Shown here: in pieces, positions 26,358 to 37,996 of the stretch
Position numbering within the stretch: the first letter of the stretch is position 1
Layout of the letters: every line of letters starts with the position of its first letter
Assembly: GCF_026571515.1 (NCBI RefSeq)
Contig: NW_026857783.1
Location: 114,878-178,877 of the forward strand
Length of the DNA: 64,000 nucleotides
Direction of reading: 5' to 3'
DNA from: Ruditapes philippinarum
Lineage: Eukaryota
Made by a program: the position numbers and the translations under genes
The notes under the pieces: model-generated
Database searches by the model: none
What the model saw: the letters and a program-made list of their open reading frames with translations, nothing else
What the model was told of the DNA's origin: nothing

Positions 26358-27325
26358 TTAATTCTACAAATGTTCTTTGAAGTCATTCAATACTCAACAT
26401 AATGTAATAACCATTTATGTTCTTAATTCTACAAATGTTCTTTGAAGTCATTCACTACTCAACATAATGTAATAACCATGAATGTTCTTAATTCTAGAGA
26501 TGTTCTTAACAAACATTCTCTACTCAACATAATATAATAACCATTTATGTTCTTAATTCTACAAATGTTCTTTGAAGTCATTCACTACTCAACATAATGT
26601 AATAACCATGAATGTTCTTAATTCTAGAGATGTTCTTTACAAACATTCTTTACTCAACATAATGTAATAACCATGAATGTTCTTAATTCTAGAGATGTTC
26701 TTAACAAACATTCTCTACTCAACATAATATAATAACCATTTATGTTCTTAATTCTACAAATGTTCTTTGAAGTCATTCACTACTCAACATAATGTAATAA
26801 CCATGAATGTTCTTAATTCTAGAGATGTTCTTTACAAACATTCTTTACTCAACATAATGTAATAACCATGAATGTTCTTAATTCTAGAGATGTTCTTAAC
26901 AAACATTCTCTACTCAACATAATGTAATAACCATTTATGTTCTTAATTCTAGAGATGTTCTTTACAGACATTCACTACTCAACATAATGTAATAACCATT
27001 TATGTTCTTAATTCTACAAATGTTCTTTGAAGTCATTCACTACTCAACATAATGTAATAACCATGAATGTTCTTAATTCTAGAGATGTTCTTTACAAACA
27101 TTCTTTACTCAACATAATGTAATAACCATGAATGTTCTTAATTCTAGAGATGTTCTTAACAAACATTCTCTACTCAACATAATATAATAACCATTTATGT
27201 TCTTAATTCTACAAATGTTCTTTGCAGTCATTCACTACTCAACATAATGTAATAACCATGAATGTTCTTTATTCTACAGATGTTCTTTACAGATATTCAC
27301 TACTCAACATATTGTATAACAATGT
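26358..27325. repeat. Satellite with a 65-bp unit (about 15 copies); distal block
   Basis: Same unit as 23690-24364. Confidence 0.9.
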
Positions 27326-27927
27326 TATAATATGTGATCTTTACTTTACACATGTTTGCTAATATACAGACTTTCTCTAGTCATTTATGGATGAAGGTCA
27401 AAGTTAGTCTGGTCTACTGAAAGGTTTTGTCCCAAGGGTTGTTGTGGCCAAGTATGAAGACAATTCAACAAGAGCATAAAAAGTTATAATCAAGGTACAA
27501 GTTTGCGGATGTCAACGCTGACATAACAATACCAGTTAATTGAGTTAATAATGAACAACATAATGATCTTATACAAATACAAATAATGATAGTAAAATAG
27601 CTAGATATTTGCTTCTGTGAGAACAGCCAGTGTTTTAATTGGTCTTTTTCTTGCATATTACATCTAAATCATATACGAGAACTAATATTTTCACACACCA
27701 TTTTTCTTCTAGTACAGGAGTTTATATATTCATTTATAACAGTGTAATAGCGTCCTCCTAGGTATGCAATTCATTCATAATGAACAACTTGCCTTGCACA
27801 GGGGACTGAAAATTGGGATTTTCTGTAACCATAGAACAATTCTGATTAATATGCAAGGAAAGTTATACTAGACATGGGGTGTCAGGCTACCACTTAATTT
27901 ACAGACTATTACAATACCAGTACTTAC

Positions 27928-28167
27928 ATCCTTCAAACTCTTCTCCACATATAGGGCACACAGGGTTCGGCATAATTTCTCTATGATTTGCAAACATATG
28001 CTGCCTTAATTTTCTTCTGTCTTGAAACAGGTAATCACATTCAGAACACTTCAGAAATCCCATTTTTAGAAGTTCTTCTGGACTATAATGGCGTTTAGCA
28101 AATCCCCGAGGTTTTGTTTTTGGAAGGGTATGTTTGACCTCATTCCTATGCACCCACAGGTTCTCCA
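27928..28167 (-). CDS. C2H2 zinc-finger protein, internal exon (..LENLWVHRNEVKHTLPKTKPRGFAKRHYSPEELLKMGFLKCSECDYLFQDRRKLRQHMFANHREIMPNPVCPICGEEFEG)
   Basis: Acceptor ttttgtcag in phase 1. Donor GGAT|gtaagtac in phase 1. It contains one complete finger (CSECDYLFQDRRKLRQHMFANH) and two half-fingers completed by the flanking exons. Confidence 0.7.
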
Positions 28168-29036
28168 CTGACAAAATAATATAGACATTCATTATACAAC
28201 ATACATTTTGATATAAAGTTTTTAAATTGAAACACATTAATTCTTAACCAAGAATCAATTTAGTTGTTTAAAAATACTAATTTCAGATTAATTGTAATTG
28301 TGTTTAGCAACTTATATTAATCATTTTTTGAGTCCCCTCCCTATTACTAATAATCATGATTATATAAGGAACAAAGATGTGACCGGAAAGGGCTCTAACC
28401 CTCGATCACGAGAAAGAGTGGTAAGACACTTATACCAATGTGCCTCTGCCTCTTGTAAGTCATTTAATTATTAGAACAGTATCATTGAATAAGTACAAAA
28501 CTTATCACAATGAATTTAAAAGAGCTTAATTGTAGTCTAAAAGTCTCAAAGCATAGTTTGTAAATCTTACTGTGATGACGACGAACTGGGTCACTTTAAA
28601 CAGAAAAATTTGAAAAAAATTAATGAAGAAATATTCTCTAAATTAAAAAGAAAATCAATATTTGGTGCTAACACAAGTTTAATTAAATACTGTTTACTTT
28701 ATATACATTGTAGTTTAAAGTCATTTTGCACAATAAAAATTATTATTCTGAAAAAATGGAAAAACGAAGCATGAGAATGATCTGTAACTTTGCACGTAAG
28801 TTATTGGTATGGATCTCCATCAAACGATATAAAACCTTGTAAAAAATATCCAGTCGTATCATATCAAAAAACCTTAGTGGTGTTCCTTTAAAAATAAAAT
28901 TTTGGTTAATAGAATCTTTTATACTTCTATTTCTGAAATAGGCAATGTCAAAGTAAAGTGCCACAACACTAATAAAATAAATTACAATAAAATAAATTAT
29001 AAGTTAACTACAAATAATAATAAAAACAATATTTAC

Positions 29037-29840
29037 GTGATGAAAATTTTTCCTGGCAATCTGGGCAAAAAGAACAGCTTAGCTGATTAGCATACATTTT
29101 ATTCTTTGTTTTTTCATTTTCTTCTTTGTCAGTTATTAGACTTTCATCCTCATTTTCATTTGTCAATTTATCCTCGCCTTCGGATATTTTACCTTTATTT
29201 TTTATTTTTGTCACCAAATCTGCTAAGTAAGCACTTTTTCGAATTCCTTTAATTGCAGAACTATATTTAGCATAACTTTGATTTGTCTTTCTGATTTTCA
29301 CAGGTTTAAGCATGTTATGCTCTACAAAGTCAGAGATATATCCACTAGCAGGTACCCCTTTTGTTGGGAGAGAGCTTACAGCAGTCATTGGTTGGTTAAG
29401 CCCCAGATTAATACCAGATGACAATGGAGTTAGTAAAGGTCTAACAGAAGTTCCTAAAGCATTTGATGTCAAATCACTGATACCAGGTGTGACAGATATA
29501 ATGGGTAACACAGTATTTGGAGTAGAAACTTTAAGTCCTCCAGCTTGCTCATTATTAGACTTCAAAATTTTTGTCTTTTTAAATATGTCTTCATCTATTG
29601 CAGAAATTTCATGTTTTGTTTCTTCATTATCATTAGCAGGAAGTATGGGTGTTTCTACGTCATACAGGGAAGGTTCATCAGCAGAATCTGTGTCTGTTCC
29701 ATAGTCTTCATAAACGACTTCTGACTTAATTTCCACAAAGTCTGGCATGTCTGTGTCGTTATCATTGGTTTCATGAATGTTTGTAAAAATGTTATCAAAA
29801 CCATTCTGCCTGACATCTACCACTGTCTGATCTGATACGA
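29037..29840 (-). CDS. C2H2 zinc-finger protein, large 5' exon: an acidic Ser/Thr/Asp-rich low-complexity region of about 268 aa ending in the N-terminal half of a C2H2 finger (CSFCPDCQEKFSS|)
   Basis: Candidate acceptor tatatgtttcag (plus 29841-29852) in phase 1. Donor TCAC|gtaaat in phase 1. Joined to the next exon it gives C-P-D-C-QEKFSSLENLWV-H-RNEVK-H, a perfect C-x2-C-x12-H-x5-H. The exon has no in-frame ATG, since the supplied ORF starts at a GTG, so further 5' exons are not identified. Confidence 0.6.
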
Positions 29841-31326
29841 CTGAAACATATAAAAAATTATAATTAACAAGATGTGACAGTATGTTTAAAGCAGCACGCC
29901 TCCAGATTTATGGCTAATTTTCATGAAAATTTTGAAAATGTATTTGAATGTGAAATATTGTGAAATAACCAAAGAGAAGCAATTTACACATTATCAATGA
30001 CACTTACAATCCACGTAAAATATAAAGCGGTCAAAATATGCATAAATAGCATTTACTGTGTTAGTAATGCAGTAGAAATATAGTTGTAAATACTGAAAAA
30101 GTCAATCATTAATCGCACATAATATGTAAAATATTACTTGAATCTGGAAACTTTTTACTTTTCCTTACATCTTAGTACATTTTTCTCAAGTTTGATTTCA
30201 TTGAAATATATTGACTCATATTAAAGAATAAGGTCTAATGGTTGAGGAAAACTTCACTTTACTTTCTATGGAGTATTTCATGCACAAGCAGGCACCTGAG
30301 AAGAACCACCAACCTCTCATAAGCTAGCTGGATAGCTTCCTTACAATGACTGATCCAAGTAACTAGGAATATCAAACCCCTACATGAATGAATAAAAACT
30401 TCTATGTGGAAAGCCATGTGAATCATCACATGCAGGTTCTTCGGTGACTTCAGTATGAATGTACACATGAAAGAAAAATCTCACAGTTTGGGAAAAGGTT
30501 AATGTCCTTAACACTTACATTACTATTTTATTCCAACATGCTGTTTGGTAACCAACCCATACAATCAGTTTTGCTTATGTGTATAACTACTTGTATAACA
30601 ATTCTATTTTGTATACATGTAACAGTTGACAGTTACATAAATTAGTCACTCTTGATTTATGAAGGACAAATAGGCAATAAAATGCTCAAACAGACTGAAG
30701 GACAGACAAGCTAGCAACAATATGCTCCACAAGTCTTAAGCCCCAGATAAATTAACATAAATATTTTCAATAAGAGTTGAGGAAAAACGGGCTCCTCTAG
30801 ACTGAAGGAAAGACAAACTGGCAACAATATGTTCAACCAGACTGAAGGACCTGTGGACAATCTGGAAATAATATACCTGTACTTTGGTGCAGTGTCAAAG
30901 AATACTTTCATCAACTGTGACTGATAAGCAGTTTAAGAGACACTTTCTTTCAACTTTAAGCTGCAGAGAACATAAACTAACTATTTAAACTAACCAAGAG
31001 CTAAAAGTCTAACTGCTGCCTTTATTTGATGAGCTTACAACAAAGAATTTTTAAGATGACTGATTCTTGCATAGCAGATTGGCGTTTTCGTGTGTTTTAC
31101 ACATGCCGGAAATTTCATCTGGCATGGGGGGTGCCAGATGAGTCGCGTGCTGTACAATGGCACGCTTAGGATGACGTCATTTTACCGGTAGTTATAATTT
31201 CATACGCTGTTGTAAGAAAATAGTTACGGCTGTAATATATAATGATATAAATTTCCGTTGAAAATAAAGATAAAGAATTTAAAATATAATGGAATATTGT
31301 AGAATACGCAAGAAAAAATATCTGAC

Positions 31327-31460
31327 ATATGTTTGCGGTTTGGATCAGAATATCCGTCCCTCGGTAACCCGCCCATGGGGGGTAACTCGGCAAGCCTGGT
31401 TACCGCCTAATGGGCGGGTTACCTCGGGACGGATATTCCGGTCTGAACCGCAACATATGA
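31327..31460. repeat. Near-perfect palindrome or hairpin of about 135 bp, probably a MITE
   Basis: catatgtttgcggtttggatcagaatatccgtccctcggtaacccgcccatgggg pairs with cc.aatgggcgggttacctcgggacggatattccggtctgaaccgcaacatatg. Confidence 0.8.
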
Positions 31461-33315
31461 CAGATATTATTATTCTTATTTGTAGACAAACACTGAAGTT
31501 TGTTTAATCAATAATAAACCGTATAATAATACTGTTATAACAAGTATACCATTTAGCCAACATGTCCAGTTCTTGTCAGTAAACAGTTTTCTAATAGAAT
31601 CTTCCTGTTCACTGTTAACTAACATTGTAATATGGTATTGGCCGACTTCACCCATTGCTGTTATCAAAACTACTTTCTCCTGAAATCAGTGAAATGAAAT
31701 ACATAATCATTCAATAAAAGATTAACAGACATTTCTTTATAATTATGCTCTATATCTCACAGGAACTCGGCACAGTGTTTGGAAAGTGTAAAAAGTATTT
31801 CTAGAAAAAAAAAAATATACTACATAATTATATAATATATAGACAGCATATATTTTACACTATCCCAACACTGTCCCGAGTCCCTGTGCTATATTATATA
31901 TAGTCTAGTAAAAGAGACAAAAATTTGAAATGTGAAATCAATCCCTTCAGTAACAAGTATGATAAGAGCAAAAAGTATATATTATAATATTTTTAAAGAA
32001 CATGTAAAATAGTTAGCTTATGTAAAATTGTAAAATAGTTAGCTCAAAGGGGAAATAACTCTTGAAATAAAGATGCTAGAGTTATGAACCATGTCATGCA
32101 TGTTGTGAGTATTGACAGAAAGAACAATTATCTTAGTCTAAAGACAAAAGGATATCATTTACATATTAATAACAAAGAACAGGGGGGGGGGGGGGGGCGG
32201 CTATAATTCTAGAAATATTGACACTAGAGTTATAAACCATGTCACAGAGTTGCATCTAGGCCGGGCGATTTGCACATTTTCAGTGTCTAATCTAGAAGGG
32301 GGGATGGGGGGATTCCCCCATATTTTTGAGAATTCCCCGCTATTTTTTCAGAGGCAGGGGGAAAATTTTACATAAAAAATCAACAAATTCTCATATTTGG
32401 ATAAAAATCCCCCCTGTTTTTCAAATCCTAGAATAGACACTGCATTTTATGATATTTTTTGCAGATTGCGCATTTTAATTAAGTCAATATGCACCAAGTC
32501 ATGCATCTGACGATCTTTTCAACTTGATTCAATTAATCTTCATTGTATCTTGAAAGCTTCTGCCATGTTTGTTTTCATTTGTTTTAATGACTAAAATACG
32601 TACTCAATCACGTGTAGCAGACAACCGGGTCATCCCGCATGTGTAATGATGGTTTGATCGCACACTTTACAACTTAAAGGGACTCCACTGAGGTGTGAAG
32701 GCCTAAAAACATAACATTTGAATTTCTTACATAAATGAGCTATCATGGCACTTAAACAGAAATATATGCAAATATAGTTAAGAAATATACTTTGAAATAA
32801 ATTGAAAATTACATTTTTATACTTTTCTTAGTCCGATTTGAGTGAAAAGCGTTTAAACACTTTTCACTTTGGGTCATTTTTTACAATTTGAATAATTATT
32901 CTGGAAAAACAAAGTGTGCGAATAATCTGAAATTTTACACAAAGATTAGTGGTCTTAACCTACACCAAATGGTACATTTATCTGGAAAAAATATTTTCAT
33001 TCTAGTCATGTCAAAAAACCTCAGTGTAGTCCCTTTAATACAAGTATTCATCAATATATTTTATTTTTCTATTTCCGTTGTTGAGCGGACGCTAGCTGTC
33101 AGAAATGCCTAAACGTAAAATAAATTAATTCTTTTGAATGAATGGGGGACAATACCCCATAATTTTGAAATTCTAGTAGATGCAACACTGATGTCACATT
33201 AGATCTAACCGAAATTATGATATGGGACATGATGAGTTAGCAATTCTTTTGGAGAGACTGAGATTGGGCTGGTGATGTATGTCTTATGGAGAGATTTTGA
33301 CTCTATATGCTTTAA

Positions 33316-33941
33316 CCCTTTCCCTCATGAGCATATTGTGAAAAATGGCCGTTATCATTGAAAAGCCTCCTGTTACAAGTTCAAACTGCTATGAAACTAT
33401 AAAAAATGCTTCAATACTAATCAAACTTGGCACAAATGTTGACTGGACCATTGCCTTTGTAACAACATGCTCAGTCTTAAATTTGCTGTTACCATGGCAA
33501 TGAGGGGACATCTCAAAATTGCCAAAAATCATTATTTTGCCTTGATTTTTTCCATCAAAATTTATTTCAAAGTGCTGCAACTTCTCAAGTGATTGAGATA
33601 GAGTCAAAGGCTTTTCAGTGTTAGTTACACGTTATCTTATGATCAACCGGGGGTCATTTTTAGCCTCTCACAAGTCCAAAATTTTCTTGGCGATGAGGGG
33701 GACTACTGGCCCCCTTCAAACCCCCCAAACAGAAGGGGGCACATCCCCCTTCTGGCCTGCCCCCTGGTGTATCTTTTGGATGGGGGGCGGCGCCGAAAAA
33801 AGGCTCACTTTTTTTAGCAACATTTCTCAAACGAAAACGTGTTTGGGGCCCAAATAGGACATTTTTTCAGTATTTGAGGCCTAAAAGAGGGGGGGGGGGG
33901 GGTCAAATGTGCGTTGTTTTGCGTATATATGAGGTAAAGGG
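33316..33941. mobile_element. piggyBac-like non-autonomous element (MITE), copy 2, with intact termini
   Basis: TTAA|ccctttccctcatgagcatattg ... atatatgaggtaaaggg|TTAA. The TIR is about 19 bp and begins CCC, as in piggyBac, with TTAA on both sides. The interior is about 85% identical to 21410-22035 and includes a (G)n tract. Confidence 0.8.
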
Positions 33942-34067
33942 TTAATAAATGCAAACTATTTTCCATAAGCATAAAGAAATTAAGAACCTGAAAGTTTCCA
34001 AATATGAAACATTATCATTTAGTCTGGTTCCCGGTCGTACGTTGCTTCGATTACGATAGTGGTAAGG

Positions 34068-34765
34068 GGCAGGTAATCCAGACTCCATATCAGGTGGGGG
34101 GAAAATCCCGGGATCGCCTATAGAAAAGCCGGGACCCGGGATCGTATTAAACTGTAAAACATATAGTAAACCCGGGAATTGACCACCTACTCTTGGTGTA
34201 TTATTATTATCATCATCATTTGAATGTTTTTGTAGAGATTTCTGAATAAGTCTGATTTGTATTAATTATAAAAAATCTTTAAAAATAATGTATTTTTTTC
34301 ACAGACAAAAGCATTAATTAATTAAAAAGCCGTGATTGTATTAAAACATATAGGGATCCCGGTTCAGAAAAGCCAGGATCGTATTAAAATATATAGAGAT
34401 CCCAGGAATTGGCCAGTTCAAGAAGATACTTTTCAGAAAAGCTGGGATCGTATTAAAACGTATAGGCATCCCGGGATTTGACCAATTCAAGAATATAGTC
34501 TTTAATTTTTCCAATTAATTAGGCATAAAATTATAAGTATTGTGATTTCCGCATTTTAAGTTAATAAATAGCTCTTAATATATTTATATCCTAAGTTAAA
34601 TTAATTTAACGTTCATTAGTCATTACATAAAATAGAAAATAAAAACTTAACGTTTTATCGCCTTTCATTACGACAATAATCAACACAAATATAGTTTATT
34701 AGTTTTCCCTCTATATCTAATACGATCCCGGGCGTCCCGGATCCCAGGATTTTCCCTCCACCTAC
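34068..34765. mobile_element. TIR-bounded element of about 700 bp with internal tandem subrepeats of about 60 bp
   Basis: Left end ..catatcaggtgggggaaaatcccgggatcgcc. Right end gggcgtcccggatcccaggattttccctccacctacatatc, the reverse complement. Internal units gatcgtattaaaa(c/t)(g/a)tatag.gatcccgggaattg(a/g)cca are repeated. Confidence 0.65.
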
Positions 34766-36445
34766 ATATCAAAATTACTTTTTTTAAAGATATTGAAAAA
34801 GGTGATTAACTGACTTTTGTATTCAATAAAATCATATGTAAGTACTAAAAAATTAATGAAAATAAATAAAAACATTATCTTGAATAAAAATATCGAAATC
34901 ATGTCAACAAAGATGTTCTAAATATAGTACACGACTCTATTCTAATCAGTTCCCGCGAATGACGTCATACAAGGTCTCCATGACACCTAAATGTCATGGC
35001 AGACTGTACTCAGCGTAATTGATGTTTTACAGTAAATTGGCAATTTTAAAGATGGTATTAATATTTTGATACTTTAATTGGTATAGAACACGATATTAAA
35101 ATAGATCTATGTTTTATCCTAAACAGCTAAAATGCACAAGAATTGATTGGGTCAAGTGTATTTGCAAGTGAAAAATAAGGTTAAATCAACTTAAGTTATT
35201 CCGGTTAGGTTTCGTAACGGGTCTAATCCAAAACTTTAATGCCGCATCAGATGAAAAACAAAAATGTTTATTAGCGGCTTATAAAGTTTTGGAAGCCAGA
35301 AGTTTTGGAAGTCTAACATTATCATTATGATTATGAACACAAATGAACATGTTCAATAACACAGGAACTATACTGTAGCGATTCATTTACCTATTGTGTT
35401 TGTATTATACATAGGAAAAGGGGTATTGTGATGGATAGTATTTTCTTAAAACTGCAGGTGGAAACTGGCAAACAGTAACAATTCTGAATATCACAGTTTC
35501 GGGTCGCTGTTGTTCAACTTGTTGTTATTGTCGTTGACGTTGACATATATATTCCGTATCGTACACATAACCGTACCATACCGTACAGACCAGATGGCGG
35601 TTAATATTCGCGCCACTCATAATTCGCTACATAACAACTCGCCCTACATTGGTGACGATTGAAAAAATATATATTCCACCAAAATCTATATATATATCAT
35701 ATTTTTATTTAATTGGTTTCGAAAAAAATAATATGGTTTGGTTATATTTTGCAAATTTTTCATTATATAATTTATTGTTATATGATAATATTACAGTAAA
35801 TGCGGATCTTATTGGAAATACGCTGGCAATGCTAGGGTAACATAAAACATATTACTTAATTTTATAATTATTTTTGTTGCATTTTTGTGTGTTTAATATG
35901 CATTTTGACAATGCGACAATATAATTGTATACACGTGTTTATGTATATTTCCCAGAATAAATCGATACGATATCTTCGGCATAATTTCATGAAAACATTT
36001 CATTTTGATTTGAAAATTAAATAAGAAAAATATCGGTAACTAACCATTACAAGTGAAATATAATAAAAAAAAAATATGTATTACTCAGAACTTCTTGAAA
36101 GTAAACGATTTAGAACATGTAGCGATGATGGTTATTGGAACTGGATGAATCTCTCTGGAGCGAATCACTATATTATTCTTGCTGTGATTACCTAAATATA
36201 AAACATACATTTTATTAAATCACTTAATAGATCCTGTATGTTTTGCGATTGATCTTGTTAATTGTGTATATATACCACACTTGCAAAAAATTATATATGA
36301 ATATAATTATGCAAATAAAACAATTTTTCAAACATCGAATAATATGTAAAATGTGTACTGCAAATATTTGTGCACATTATATTTAATCAATAATAATTAT
36401 ATGCATTCATTTCTTATTGGAAAATTTGACTTAGAATTTACAGAA

Positions 36446-36605
36446 AATAAATTTCTAATTACCTCCCTTCATTTACATGAAATGTTGAATTCGGTAATAT
36501 CTTTATAAATAATGCTTATTGGAACTTACAATACTGAAAAATCTTAATTTGAGCATCATATTTATGAAATAAAACCATGAAAAAAATGTGTTACAGGATC
36601 TAAAA
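36446..36605. repeat. Dispersed repeat of about 155 bp, copy 2 (see 8648-8800)
   Basis: See the entry for 8648-8800. Confidence 0.7.
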
Positions 36606-37017
36606 CTTTTTTTTTTATGACAAATTTATCCCGAAGTATTATCCTAACATTTTAAATGAAGTAGATCTAATATACAGTGTAGACTATGATAATTTAGTTT
36701 TGAAATATGTAATATTGTTTATTTTAAAATTATTTCATTTATCATCTCATGACTTTATATTTCGTTAATTCAACTCTAATAAGATCTTATTCACCGACTC
36801 GAGTATTATAGTTGAAGATACGATTGCTATGCCTACATCCAGTTAAGTGCCTGCATAGTTTATATGGTACGAACATCTGTGTGCACGATTTTTCCTAATA
36901 CAGTTCAGTTGTTACAATATAGGGGAACAAAAAAATTGGATTGTGAATTGCAAATTATTGTACAACTGTTGCTCACTACGAATTCATGGTTCCTCACATA
37001 AAAGAATCCAAAGTCTA

Positions 37018-37095
37018 TGTCGAGATTCGAACCCACAGTGGGGAGGGGCAAGCGGTTTGAAGTCAACGACCTTAACAACTCGGCCACGGACGCCT
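37018..37095 (-). pseudogene. tRNA-like segment (degenerate tRNA or SINE head) on the minus strand
   Basis: The minus strand reads GGCGTCCGTGGCCGAGTTGTTAAGGTCGTTGACTTCAAACCGC...CCCCACTGTGGGTTCGAATCTCGAC. It has a D-loop-like GCCGAGTTGTTAAGG and T-loop TTCGAAT, but I could not form a proper acceptor or T stem (CCCAC precedes GTGGG rather than following it). It is therefore not a functional tRNA. Confidence 0.3.
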
Positions 37096-37544
37096 CTTTT
37101 CGAAAATAGTAGACTGCTATATGTGTATTTACCTGATACAAAATTGATTAACGGACAGTTTCTTGCGGAAAGCAGGGGGAGCACCGGAGCAACGTACGTA
37201 TACCTGGCTCATAGTATGGTATTTCTTACATGATTAACGGAGCAGACATTAACATGAGAAACGGCATAACAAATGTCATTGTTATTAGACATCAAAACAA
37301 AAAATGGGTTTCAATTAACAGTTTTATTAAAAAATATTCAATACCTTTAGTCAACAAGAAATGCTTAAGAACATTTATCACAATGAACAAAATTAATTAG
37401 AAATACAATGTATGTTAAGAATTTTTATGACGCAAGCATTAACAACTCCCTAACATACAAAGTTAACATTATTTTCAAGATAAATGCAAACTATACACTT
37501 TATAGATAATGATATACAAACACAGCACATGTTACCGCCGCAAG

Positions 37545-37915
37545 AAAGTTCCTTATAAATGCATATACCTCTATAGGTGACGTATTCCATTATCCCTGGA
37601 ATAATTTTAAAATAGTAAATGCACACTCTCTTTGCGACGTTATTCATACACTCAAACTCGTGAACATTTCAAAATAGGTAATGCACACTCTCTCGGTGAC
37701 GTCATCTATGCACTCTAGACTCATTGACATTATCAAAATAGTTAATGCAAACTCTCGAGCTCTCGGTGACGTCATCTATGCACTCTAGACTCATGGAAAA
37801 TATCAAAATAGTTCATGTATTCTCCAGATGACGTTATTCATACAGTCATGAATAATTTTAAATACTAAATGCACACTCTTTAGGTTACGTAATTCATACA
37901 CTGATAATAATTTCA
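37545..37915. repeat. Tandem repeat with a unit of about 61 bp and about 6 copies; two units carry the palindrome TGACGTCA
   Basis: Units aaatagtaaatgcacactctct..g.gacgt.at.catacactc...tcaaaat follow one another. TGACGTCA occurs at 37697-37704 and 37767-37774. The array lies immediately 3' of the ASB-like gene. Confidence 0.85.
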
Positions 37916-37996
37916 AAATGGCATAATCTTCTTACTGCTTTGCAGTGAATTGAAACAATCACTTATTTTGTTTATAAACTCGCACCTGATTTAGAG

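Noticed and set aside
29312-29704. 130-aa plus-strand ORF
   Set aside because: It is antisense to the well-supported acidic exon of the ZNF gene. This is an ORF shadow on the opposite strand.
36943-37233. 96-aa and 66-aa ORFs over a tRNA-like region, and the possibility of a functional tRNA gene
   Set aside because: The segment has D-loop-like and T-loop-like motifs, but I could not pair an acceptor stem or T stem. It is more likely a tRNA pseudogene or SINE head. The ORFs are incidental.
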